Part shown: one piece after another, positions 51,631 through 64,000 of the stretch
How the letters are laid out: each line of letters starts with the position of its first letter
Position numbering within the stretch: position 1 is the first letter of the stretch
Source of the DNA: the human T2T-CHM13v2.0 reference genome, Homo sapiens
Assembly (NCBI RefSeq): GCF_009914755.1
Contig: NC_060930.1
Direction: 5' to 3' (one strand)
DNA length: 64,000 bases
Translations under genes and position numbers: made by a program
Notes under the pieces: generated by a model
Database searches by the model: none
Seen by the model: only the letters and a program-made list of their open reading frames with translations
What the model was told of the DNA's origin: nothing

Positions 51631-52959
51631 GCTTCTCCTCCTGTCACATCACTCATCTGAAGAGAAGGCACAGACCCCAACAGGGGCTCACCAGGGGCCT
51701 TCTCTGGGCTTTTAAAAACTTTGCCTGAAGTGAGAAGATCCTTGTTTATTCTCTAGTTAGGACTGTTAGCCTATGAGTCTAGGGTTGAAGGCAACCAGGT
51801 TCTCAGTAAGGTAGAGAAAGTCGATGTTGTCTATCTAGTCTGAAAAAGAAGGAAGCCAGCACACTAAAAGCACAGACAAGAAACACATATAGAGTGTGAA
51901 GGTTCATTTTGTATCCCATTTTCTACATCCCATTGCTCTTGAGGTCATGATCAAGCATGAGAGACTCCTTTAGATGTTGAATAAACAAAGCGGGGGGGGT
52001 GGTCTGAGGGGCAGAGGACACTTGGAGAGAGGGTGGCTCAGGAGGGAAGGGGTCAGCAGCTCCGGCACTGCAGAGTGTAGATAAGAAGACTGCAGAGACT
52101 GCCCTGGGTTCAGCCATCAGGAGTGACTGGTTAATGCTTGAGAACACAGCTCTGGGTGAGGACTGAGGCAGGATTGGAAAGGATTGGCCAGTGAGAGGGA
52201 AGTAAACAGGCTCAGAAGGGCACATGGGGATGAATGAGCTTTTGGTAGGAGAAGGAAGAAAACACAGTAGATGCAGGTAGGATTGGCAATTTATTGGCAG
52301 AAATATGAGGATTTTTATTTTCTCTATAAAATATGAGGCCAAGTCTGTTGTGCATGAGAAAGAGAAAAGCAGTAAAGTGTGCTGGGACTGGGAATGAGGG
52401 TGATAGACAGGAGTTCTGGGGGCTGAGAGTTTTGAAGAAAATGGAGAAGATAATAAAGTTAGTGAGGATGATGAAAAAATACCTGACTTGAAAACCATCC
52501 AAAATTGCCTGGCAATTTTGAGAGCCTGATTGAGCAGCCCTGTGAACCAAGTCACATTGCTGCTCATATTCAATTTGGGGCAGCCAAAGTCTCAAGGTCT
52601 CCAAAGGGTTATCAATCCAGTCCTCCTTGCTAAAGAAAACTCAGTCCTATGAGTTCAGTTCCTGAGCCTCTGAAGCCAAATGGAGATTGAGTAGAAAGAG
52701 ATAGAACTGGGGAAAGGGAGGGGATGCTGCGCTGCATAGGGTTGAGATTTATTTTTGACCAAGACTAAGGAATAAAGGCAGAAAGAAAAAGGAAGAAAAA
52801 CCAAAGGCCATGTTGGTTAGGACAGAGTTTAGTTTGGGGAGTTGAGAGTAGGAAGGAAATTAAGGGAGCAGCTGCCTGCCAGTGGGGAATGTTAAGTGTG
52901 AAAGAAGTAGATACAGATGAGTTTTAAGATGTTTCTTTGTGCATTTAGAACATATACCT

Positions 52960-53376
52960 GCTATGGGACTGTTTTAGAGGGATCTTTCACATTTCTGCAT
53001 TTCTTGCAGATGATCCAGACTGTCTTTTAAAGAATGATTGTCTAGCAAAAAGCCTTGGAAAGTAGAGATGGTATCTCTCTCCAGAGCATTGAGCAGGTAT
53101 ACTTACAGCCCAAATATAACAGTCAGGTTCCCTAATCTCAGAGTTTCTCTCCTGTAATGCAACCCACTGTGTGTGCAGGTGTCATTTGGCCCCCTTTGGG
53201 CCACCATGTAAGAATTGAAACACTGGAAGTGGAGCAAAATGCTGATACTCTGGCCACTGCTACTGCTGTAAATGATAAGCTGTTCTCACCTTAGATTCAG
53301 TAATCTCATGTCTTCTAATGGCATAGTCAGTAGCTTACAAGTAGGGTAAAATCTCCACCCTGCACAGTTCTTGATG
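52960..53376 (+). mobile_element. Old solo LTR (ERV1 MER-type, subfamily uncertain)
   Basis: ~410 bp segment with LTR-like motifs (tgcaacccactgtgtgtgcaggtgtca; terminal gtagggtaaaatctccaccctgcacagttcttga). Confidence 0.5.
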
Positions 53377-54290
53377 GTACCATCTATCCATCCACTTTTT
53401 AAAAGACTAAAGCACAAATTTGAATTACTTAGATGATATTTTTCTGTCTAACAGTTATTTATTTGAGTTGACACTATGAAGAGAACAGGCTATAGCCACA
53501 GGGCCCAACTTTTATTCAGGTTATATCCCACTTCCATCTTTGCCTGTAATCAGTCCATACTAGTCCTTAAGAGTAGATTAATGCCACAATGTGATTTTTA
53601 TTTATTTCTTTATTTTTACCCTGCCACGCTCCAAAAGAGGACTGGCGTTACCTGACAAAAATTCATCAAATGCAACAAAATAAAAAACGAGTAAATGAGG
53701 AAGCTGTGTTAAAAGAAGAAATCAGGGCAGGATAAATAAAAATGAAACTAGGCATGCATGCTGTCACGTCCTGGAGATGGGTCATAGATCCGGTACTGAG
53801 CTTTTTTACAGGCATTGCAAAGATGAAACTATGTAAGGCCCAAATGTACTTGCTTTTCATGTGCTTCATTAAGTTTATTATCAGCTTTTCCCTACACAAG
53901 ATTTGTATCCTCATAAGTCTAGTTTAGGGGTGAATCACAAAATCCAAAAACTATTTTCACTTTATTCACATGAGCATTATTGGAGAGAGGAAAACTAGTG
54001 CAACATTTAACTCTATCACTTACTATTTGTATGAACCTGGTAAAATCCCCTAGTCTTTCTGACTGTCTATTGTGTATCTATAAAATTAGGGGCAAGACCA
54101 ATCTCACAAAGTTCATTTGTTCATTCATATTTTCATTCAAATACATCATGAGTGCTTACAATGTCCCAGGTTCTGTTCTGAGAACTGAAATAGGAGTGAA
54201 CAAAACATCATGGAGTGTATATAAGGCAGGAGATATGGGTCAGAAACAGTGTAACTAAGTAAATATAGATTATCTCAGGTGATTTTACTA

Positions 54291-54683
<393 letters not shown>

Positions 54684-56226
54684 TTAAAGAGAGATCAGGG
54701 AAAGTCTTATTGAGAAGATATGAGTCAAGCAGAGATCTGAAGAAGAGAGGAGTGAGCCTATGGATACATGGGGAAGAGCACTCCATGCAGATGAAACCCT
54801 AAGGGCAAAGGCCCCAACTCGATAGCTGGGAACAGTGAAACAGAGAAGGAGGGAAATCCAATCCAAGGTCATTATTGAGCTGTAATTGTATTTGATCTTT
54901 ATACTTTTTTCTAGTTTCCTTTTTTTTTTTTTTTTTTTTACTACAAACATATATTACTTTTACAACTGGAATGTAGTTTTTCCTTATATACATGACCTCA
55001 CTGGGGACCATCTCAGGAGCCATGTAGAGTGTGCCTGAAGATTGCCCATTCAAGAGATGGGGGGAGGAGGATTCATCTATGTGCTTCTACCCCTGACTGT
55101 TCATGGGCTGCCCCTGAAGCATGTGTCAGAGTGGCTGAATGGGTTCCTGCTGCCTCCCCATGCAACATGAGAGAAAGAACCCTGAGCACACAGTGGACAA
55201 TAGGTAGGCAGATAGGGTGTCATGTTGTCAGCAGGCAGCTGGCAGCTGCAGCTATGGCTGGCATAGGGGTGGCCAGGAAGATGTGAAACACAGCATGAGC
55301 ACCTCTGCATTCACAGCAGGGAACACTTTGGGGTCTGTAAAGATGAGTGTAGATACGTTTTCTAGAGTTCAGCATCAGGAAGTAAAATGATGATTTCTTA
55401 ATAAATTTAGCTATGATTTAGTGAGCAGTGACATGGACTTGGTGAAAAGATTTCATTTCTAGCACAGCACATGCTCCTTTCCCACCTTGTGGCATCTCCA
55501 AGGCTCAGATTCATTATGTGAAAGCAGAAAGCAATACTTCAACAGCTGGTATAAAAATGAAATTAGATGATAGAGACATTTACATACATATACATATATA
55601 CTGAATATATGTGTATATGCTATCTTTGTAAAGTGAATACATAGAATTTTATAAAATGTGAGTCCCTATGGAAATGCTCTTGTTGGTCCCCATCACGATG
55701 CTGAGCAGAGCTCTGGCAGGGGAAGGGTCCTGGGCAAGGCTTACACAGACCTCTTGGATCCCACACAGCCAGCACAGCCAGCTTCCTATTTCCTGAAGAG
55801 CAACATAGTTGAATCTGGGGCACCAGTTCTTCCCACTCTGTTCTCTTTCCTCCTTCCCAGTGTGACCCCTTTCTGTTATCAATCAATGAGTGTGACCATC
55901 AGAGAATCCCACTGTGGCCACTGAGATGCTCTTTTACAACAACATGCAGTGTGGATTCTGCCAAAGACTCCCCTACCTACACTTATTTTGTCAGAGAAAA
56001 CCACTGACAATGTTCAGCCCACTCTACACCGTTGTTTTATTAAGTGAAATCCATAATCCATAGAAACCAGGAATGTTAAATTGTTAATAGTACCTTAAAA
56101 GTTTCACTTCTTCCCTTTAATTATTTCATTGAACTTTAAAGGAGGCAAAAGATTATAATTTGTAATCATAAATTTGTATTGTTTCCTTAATTTGATTTGA
56201 TATATCCCAAGATATACCTTATGTAC

Positions 56227-56527
56227 TTTTTTTTTTTTTTTTTGAGACAGAATGCCACTCGGTCGCCCAGGATGGAGTGCAGTGGTGTGATCTCAGCTCA
56301 CTGAAACCTCTGCCTCCCGGGTTCTAGCAAATCTCCTGCCTCAGCCTTCCAAGTAGCTGGGATTACAGGTGCCTGCTACCATGAGCAGCTAAATTTTTTG
56401 TATTTTTAGTAGAGACAGGGTTTCACCATGTTGTTCATGCTGGTCTTGAACCCCTGACCTCAGGTAATCCACCTGCCTTGGCCTCCCAGAGTGCTGGGAT
56501 TACAGGTATGAGCCGCTGAGCTCAGCC
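56227..56527 (-). mobile_element. Alu (AluS-like)
   Basis: Poly-T followed by reverse-complement Alu dimer. Confidence 0.92.
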
Positions 56528-59500
56528 TGTATCTGATATACTTTATATGAAAAAAATACAGTTGTAAAAGTAATATATGTTTGTGGTTAAAAAAAGGAAA
56601 CTAGAGAAAAGTATGAAGATCAAAATACAGACAATGACTTCTAATATGTTGATGTATTTGTTTCCAATATAGTCACTTTTTATGTACTTGGGATTTTTTT
56701 CAGAAGTACAATTTTGTATCCTGTTTTTCTCTATAATTTTATAGTGAGATCATTTTCATATGCACGTGTAAAAAATCAGAGGTTAGCAGTAGAAAAAGTG
56801 AGTGAAAGGGAATTCAGCACCTCTGCAACGGACAGATGGGTCCTCTCAGGCATGGCCACAGAATAAGGTGGAGAGGAGAGCTCTGGGCAGGTGAATAAAG
56901 ACAGGCCACAGTGAATAACTAAGGACTAGAAGCTTCTGATGTGAGCAGAGGGACGAGAATACTTCCCCCAGTTGTCCATCACACACTGTTGTATCCTAGG
57001 CAGCCTCAGAGCAAAATCCCACATGCCCACTTGGGTAGTCTGATGCTGTTTCTAAATAAATTTGCTGTCCAACCATTTTCTGTTGGCTGTCCAGATAAGG
57101 TTTTATTGTTTATTGCTATACAAATCTCCAGGAGTCAGATTTATTCTTTCAGCTTCACATAGTCCCCCATGTGAAACTCAAAGAAAATAAAAAGCTGGAA
57201 GATGTGGGAGGAAGAAGTGATAAGCTTAGGGATTCTTTATTCAGTGAATAGAGAATTATTTTCTCTGAATTCAAGGTTATATTCACTTTCATAGATCAGG
57301 ACGCTGGTCTTTACATTCGGATTTCAAGGAAGGCTACACTTATAAATTAGTAAAATGTATGAGTCATCCCAAAGTTGTGTTTGATCCAAGATTCAGCTAC
57401 CAGCCTAGCATAACACCCAGCATCTGTCCTACATTCAGTGGGCCCTTTATTAAAATATCATTCCTGGAATCAACCAGTCTTGGTTTTAAACTATAGAATT
57501 TTTATTGCTGTCCACATTAATACACAATTACCAAAAATACTAGACTCTTGTTAGAGGTCAGTGATGATTTGAGACTGTATATTTATATGTTAATGCATGC
57601 TTGGATTATAAGGCAGAGCTTCCCAAAAACCACAGCAAGTGTAGTTTTCAAAAATGAACTTTGGATAATAACCATGACCCCTGCATTCCAAAGACATTAC
57701 AAGATGTGAACCACACTGTTATGTGGTTGTGGCTTTTGAAACAAAATTAATCTTTTGGGAAATACAAGGCTCAAGAGGAAAAAATAAGAGAAAAAACTGG
57801 GTAACTCAGTGAAAAGCATACAAAGATGGGTTCCATTAAACCAGTAGAAAGTTTCTTTTCAGGTCAATTAACCTCACAGATCATAGAAGTTATTAAGCTG
57901 AATTATTTATTCAAAGGATAAAACCCTAAAGGAAAGGAAGAAGATCTTTAAATGGCACTGCCTTGCACAGATTTTAGGCAATAAATCAAGTTCCCAAACA
58001 ATTTCAGTTACTAAAGTCCTGAAGTGTATTAGATTACCAAATCAAGTGATATAGAAGGAGGCAGCACAGTCCATGTTTGAATATATATGCATTATTGCAT
58101 TCATGCCTGACTCTGCTGAGTTAGGAAGAAATGCACGTGTTTTCACAGGTAGAATAATTTTCCAGCTTTTAGTCCCAAATGGACACAACACTGACACCAA
58201 GAAAATTGACAGAATATTATTGAAGCTTAGATCCTGTTATATGTGAATACAAATGCTTTGCTCCTTTTGAACCCTTAGCAAAAGGGAGCGCTTCTTAGAG
58301 ATTAGGGTCTCCTGCAGGAGATGAGGAGCAAGCATCAAAATTGGCAGTTTTGTGCTTTCATGCAATCAATATTGTTTATGAATTGCTCCAACATGGCTGC
58401 ATCCATTTAAAGTGGGGGAAGAAAGACACTACAAATACACACACTTGAGAATTTCAGGAAATTACCCAAATGCTCAAATCCTTGCTGGGGGCAATGGTTT
58501 TCAATAGGAGTTTACATGATAAATCCATGCACTGAATACATTTAAAAAATAATAATCTGGCAGTGCATGGAACAATAGCACACCCATATCGCCTGTTTAT
58601 TTTGAAACAGTCCTTTGTCAGAATGTGTCTGAAATTAGGCCATCAAAAAGGAAACAAGACAAAGAAGGCCCAGAATGACTGAAGCAGGCAAGGCCGCTTA
58701 TCCAGTAGACCCTGACAATGCCACGCATGCTGCGGAAACTGCTCAGACAAGAGCTTACAAAGAAGCAGACAAAGCCAGCATGGAAACGGGTGATAAGCAG
58801 AGATCTGCGGCCATCAAGAGGGAGAGAAGAGGAGGCAGCTGCAAAGACTGAGGCCAGAAAACCAATGGAGAGTCAGGTAGTAGATAAATGCAGCGATAGT
58901 AATGATGCTGCATTTATCTGGGCTGGAATTCACTGGCTGGGTGTCACTATTGTCAGTGTGCTCTTGGTCATCTGACGGCTTGTGAACTACTGATGAACAA
59001 GGTTGATTTCCATGGCCAAAGTTATGTTAGGGTTTTGAAAGGGAGAGAAAAGATCTTGTAGATCCCAAGTTTGGTTTTGAAAAATATCATGTCTGAAACT
59101 AGAGTAAACAGCAAAGGCTAAATTTTCAAAAACAAAAAACTAGGGCCAGCATTTGTGAGAAAGCCCATTCACACCCACACGCTGGCTGGCGCAGGAGATG
59201 TGGGCATAACTTGCAGGGAAGTTGCTTCGGAAGTGAGAGCCCACTGACAGCCGTCATATCTCTCCCAGCATAATCTTGTAGTTACAGCCCCATCTTCTGT
59301 GAGTGCAAGATTGCCACTTTTTTAAGAACTTTTTTTAACACCTGAGTCATTTCTTTACAAGGGACAAGTGTTCCCACAAGACAAGTGATGTTCAAGGTGC
59401 CAAGAGAAGCTGTTTTTGTGTGTGTTTTGTTTTGTTTTGTTTTGTTTAAAAAAAAAAAAAAAAGGAATGGGCAAGAACCATAACTCCAAAATATCCTCCT

Positions 59501-62013
59501 GGGCTGAACTTTCCATTTCCACACCTGCAGTTTTCTAAGGTGTGCTTAAATGATCCATTTAAGGAATTTTGCCAGCTAGTCCGTTTTGTTTTGTTCCTTC
59601 TACTGTGGATGGATGAAAAAGCAGTTATAAAACCATCGCTAAAGAACCAAAGGCAAAGACAGGATTCGTACATCCTAAACTCCCTGCTCTGGATTCTCGG
59701 TGGATGTAAGAATATCAAAAGTTACATTGCATTTTCCACAGTGGAGAAATATAATTTAACAAAAGCACCGTGAGTGGTACATAAACTCTTTAGTAGCTGG
59801 TTAAAAGGTTAAAGGAAAGGAGAGTAAATAACTCATCCTTAAGAAGGGAGAAGACTCCCTGATCCTGGTTTTAGAAATTGATCCCTAGTTCAAGCACAAA
59901 GCAATGACGGGGAAAAAAACTGACCACAAATATTGTTTTCTCCCCATTATGTCTCACTCCAGCCTGCATAATTAGTTGGAGAAAGTTTCACGTCTGATAG
60001 CCCCACTCTCAGTCCATGTCTGCAAAATTACGACTGTGTTGTGGTTTCTTAGCTCCGAAGACTCCATGGGCATTTAGCAGGAAGGCCACATCTCTCATTC
60101 AGCAAGGTGGCAGGTTTTGCGGGGGTTCTGGGGAGTTTGTGATTGCTGCTTCGTGTGCACAGAGTGAGAATTGCTCTTTGAAGCACATCCATAATTTCAA
60201 AGTGAAAAGCAGTCTTTGAGAAAAGTGCCTGTGATAGGTAGTCTCCTAATAACAGTAGAAAATTATTTCCACAGCATTTGGGACTCTAACAACCCTGGTG
60301 ACATCTCCTCCCAGTTCAGCAGTCACCATTCCTCTTTGGGATTACAAAAAGGTGATAGCACGCCTGGGCCTCATTATAACAAGACTCCAGGGGGTGTGGA
60401 AAGAGCTTTTCTCCAGTCTAAAATAATTGTGTCAGCTGTAAAAACTGTGTACTGACCCCCTTTGTATCAAAGATCATATTGTGATGAAGAGGCATCTTTC
60501 TTTCTTTCTTCCTTGTAGTTACATTCCCAATGCTGGAAGAAAAGATTTCCCTGTGTGATTACCTTGAGGGGTACCAGCACTGTTAATAACAAGTCAGTCC
60601 AGCCCAGATTCTAAATGTTAATAGACTGATGGGCCTGGGGGAGAGTTTTCAGCTGGGGAAGCGGGCTGGCAGCAGCCCATCTCCCAGCATTGACTCATGC
60701 CTGAATCACAGCCAGGCTGGCAGGATGTTGTTTTGGGGAAGTTCACAGGCCTGTCAAAAACCTGCTGTTGCCATTGGCTGATATTATGCAAGATTCCAAA
60801 TGATATTTATTTATATTCTCCTTTGAGTTTGTTTTGTGGCTCCCCCTCCCCCCTACAGGCACTAGAGCTTCAAGTGACCAAAAAGAAAAAGAACATTTAA
60901 AAGATAGGCAAGAGCTCATCAAAAATAAAAGGCACTCTGCCACCGAACTCCCTTCAGCTCTCAGGTCAGAGCAGTGCCAAGCAATTTGCTCTAATTCATT
61001 AAAGCCCTTTCTTCACTCTTCCATTGGACAGGTGCAATTGAGAGACAGGCCTGGGGATAAGGCAGAGCCCCCGTTTAGATTTCCACCCATGGCAAAGAAA
61101 AACGTGCAGTTGCATGCAGGCATATTCCTTTCCACACTTGTAAAATATCTTTATAACTTGCTGGGCTAACAGATTAAGCATTTAACTTCTCTGATGGGGT
61201 TTAGCCTAGGACTGGGAGGATTTCCTTTGTTTCATGTCTGACTGATGATGGGTGTGAGGGCGGGGCAGTGACTGTGCAGCTCTTAGAAGATTCAAGGAGA
61301 CTTGAGCTTTTCAATCTCAGTTTCTCCCACTCCTGGAGTCTGTAGGAGTTTAACTGGAGAGCTGAGGAAATTCTCCCAACTGTATATTATGAAGCACTGA
61401 TAAGTTCCTTTGCAGAAACTTGGTAGGCAGAAAGAGTGTGAGTGAATTCATTTATATGCCTAATTTAAGACATAATTGAGAGGCACAGTGTTCTAATAGA
61501 TGGAGTTCTGGCTGAGGAATTAAGAAACCTGAGTTCCATTCTTAGCACAGATGATGGCTCAGTGCAGGGAAATCAAGGGCTGGCACTTTCCAGAGGAATT
61601 TGAACTCTAGAGACAGTCAATTCAGGACACAATTATTCAGAAATACAGCCATGATCCCCATTATCTAGAGCTTTCATTGTTCCGATAAAAACCAAATTTA
61701 GCTCTCCCTAAATTCTTAGCAAAGTCCTAATAAAAAATGGTATTTGAGTTGAGCCTCTAGAGGGGAAAAGAAGGTATTATTTAGCATTCACTCTTCAAGG
61801 GGGAGCTTTCTTTGGAACATTGTTCAAAGCAGACCTGTGGTGTGGAGGAGGGGCTCCCCCAACCCTGGTGATGGGGAGGCACACCAGGGCTCTTTCAAGT
61901 CCTGCCTAGGGCACTGGACACAGCTGTACTACTGCCTCCCTGAAAATATGACCTTGGCCATTAGCCTGAGTGCTTGGTAGTTGTTTCCATCTAAACAGCA
62001 CACTCTGGGAAGA

Positions 62014-62981
62014 TGTGGGGAAAAGCAAGAGAGATCAGATTGTTACTGTGTCTGTGTAGAAAGAAGTAGACATAGGAGACTCCATTTTGTTATGTACTAA
62101 GAAAAATTCTTCTGCCTTGAGATTCTGTTAATCTATAACCTTACCCCCAACCCCGTGCTCTCTGAAACATGTGCTGTGTCAACTCAGAGTTAAATGGATT
62201 AAGGGCGGTGCAAGATGTGCTTTGTTAAACAGATGCTTGAAGGCAGCATGCTCCTTAAGAGTCATCACCACTCCCTAATCTCAAGTACCCAGGGACACAA
62301 AAACTGCGGAAGGCCGCAGGGACCTCTGCCTAGGAAAGCCAGGTATTGTCCAAGGTTTCTCCCCATGTGATAGTCTGAAATATGGCCTCGTGGGAAGGGA
62401 AAGACCTGACCGTCCCCCAGCCCGACACCCGTAAAGGGTCTGTGCTGAGGAGGATTAGTAAAAGAGGAAGGAATGCCTCTTGCAGTTGAGACAAGAGGAA
62501 GGCATCTGTCTCCTGCCTGTCCCTGGGCAATGGAATGTCTCGGTATAAAACCCGATTGTATGCTCCATCTACTGAGATAGGGAAAAACCGCCTTAGGGCT
62601 GGAGGTGGGACCTGTGGGCAGCAATACTGCTTTGTAAAGCATTGAGATGTTTATGTGTATGCATATCTAAAAGCACAGCACTTAATCCTTTACATTGTCT
62701 ATGATGCAAAGACCTTTGTTCACGTGTTTGTCTGCTGACCCTCTCCCCACAATTGTCTTGTGACCCTGACACATCCCCCTCTTCGAGAAACACCCACAGA
62801 TGATGAATAAATACTAGGGGAACTCAGAGGCTGGCGGGATCCTCCATATGCTGAACGCTGGTTCCCCGGTTCCCCTTATTTCTTTCTCTATACTTTGTCT
62901 CTGTGTCTTTTTCTTTTCCAAATCTCTCGTCCCACCTTACGAGAAACACCCACAGGTGTGTAGGGGCAACCCACCCCTACA
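62014..62981 (+). mobile_element. HERV-K(HML-2) solo LTR, LTR5_Hs
   Basis: TGTGGGGAAAAGCAAGAGAGATCAG...GGGGCAACCCACCCCTACA, 968 bp; TATAAAA at 62544; AATAAA at 62806; 5 bp TSD GAAGA at 62009-62013 and 62982-62986. Confidence 0.97.
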
Positions 62982-63439
62982 GAAGATTTTAGATTTAGAA
63001 GACAAAGCAATCAATGCTCATAGCTTCACTGCCCTTACATACACTGCAATCTGCTCTCTGCCTAAAGTTGTTGGGAATACTAACGAAGTAAATGCAAGTA
63101 ATTTTAGGAAACTTTCTCAAGCCATCATGATTATATAAACATAAATCTCAAGTACAGTTATCACCAAATTATGTTACCAAATATTCCCCTCGAACTAATG
63201 ATCATTTAACGAATTAACAAAGTGGTCCACTACATAATACCATAATTGGAGGTTCCACACAAAATAGTCACTTCCTCTCCAGCACTAAGAACCTCTTTTG
63301 ATTTATTTTCCCCATGTGTCTTAATTTGTTGAGTGTCAAAAATTGTATTCCTATCATTTTTGGCTTTATCAATGATGAACATGTTTTTATTATATTTTAC
63401 TGACTTGGTCTTTCACTAGACAGTTATTGGTGTCAAATA

Positions 63440-63960
63440 TGGACCATGCACCTTGCTAGGTATTTGGGATGCAAAGACAGATGTCTATCCCTGGCCTTAA
63501 GGAGTGACAGTCTGGAAAGGAAAGACAGACCAGTCAGGATAGGACTGGGTCACAGGCGCTCCGGTATGAGTCTCAGGTTTAGTAGAGATGCAAAGATGAG
63601 AGAGTATGGGAAAAGGAATAGGAGAGAGGAGGTAATGAATAGATATTTACTTATTTTTCTCAGTGGAAAAACAGGGTGTAGCCTTCTGAGCAAATTCAAG
63701 GCACAGCACAGTGTGAGGTGTTTGATGAATCTCAATGTTTGGAGCTAAGACATAGTAGAGAGCAGATGAGAGAAGGGCATAAGAAGTATGCAGAGGTCAG
63801 ATCTTTGGAGTGCTGCTCATGCTTGTCTAGACTTTATCATGTAGGCAATGGGAAGTTATGGAAAGATTTTATCAAGACAAAGACATGACTCCGTATGCTT
63901 GAAAAGATCACTCTGGGGGTGGTCCATGGATAGAGGCTGGATTAGAGAGAGGTTTAATAA
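63440..63960 (-). mobile_element. L2 LINE fragment
   Basis: Reverse L2 3' region (ccctggccttaaggagtgacagtctgg; gtaggcaatgggaag..tggaaagatttt; gaaaagatcactctgg). Confidence 0.65.
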
Positions 63961-64000
63961 ATATATACGCCCAAGTACACATTTTCTCTTCTATTAACAA

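Noticed and set aside
51923-52573. 216-aa minus-strand ORF
   Set aside because: It lies in a decayed L2 with CT-rich, stop-poor composition; no recognisable domain.
62265-63138. ORFs within the HERV-K LTR as viral genes
   Set aside because: Solo LTR with TSD on both sides and no PBS, gag, pol or env.

Overview
Primate (most likely human) non-genic or deep-intronic genomic DNA dominated by interspersed repeats. No host protein-coding exon could be supported, and the long ORFs are nearly all repeat-derived (mostly L1; one 216-aa ORF is L2). The first 39 kb hold three direct-orientation L1PA3-type elements (1-917, 16141-19801, and a full-length one at 31242-38985). A younger L1PA2-type element is nested antisense in ORF1 of the full-length copy and carries both a twin-priming 5' inversion and a ~148 bp 3' transduction. 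Older Alu, MaLR (MST/MLT1), L1M, L2, MIR, MER33, MER2 and a near-complete HSMAR2 mariner are also present. A 968 bp HERV-K(HML-2) LTR5_Hs solo LTR lies near the end. The most unusual observation is that the four young L1 copies are separate insertions (three have their own TSDs in the window) from at least two subfamilies, yet share a patchwork of non-consensus substitutions, including the same ORF2 nonsense codon in two copies. This suggests local gene-conversion homogenisation or an assembly artefact. Subfamily calls rest on recalled consensus motifs, not on a database search.
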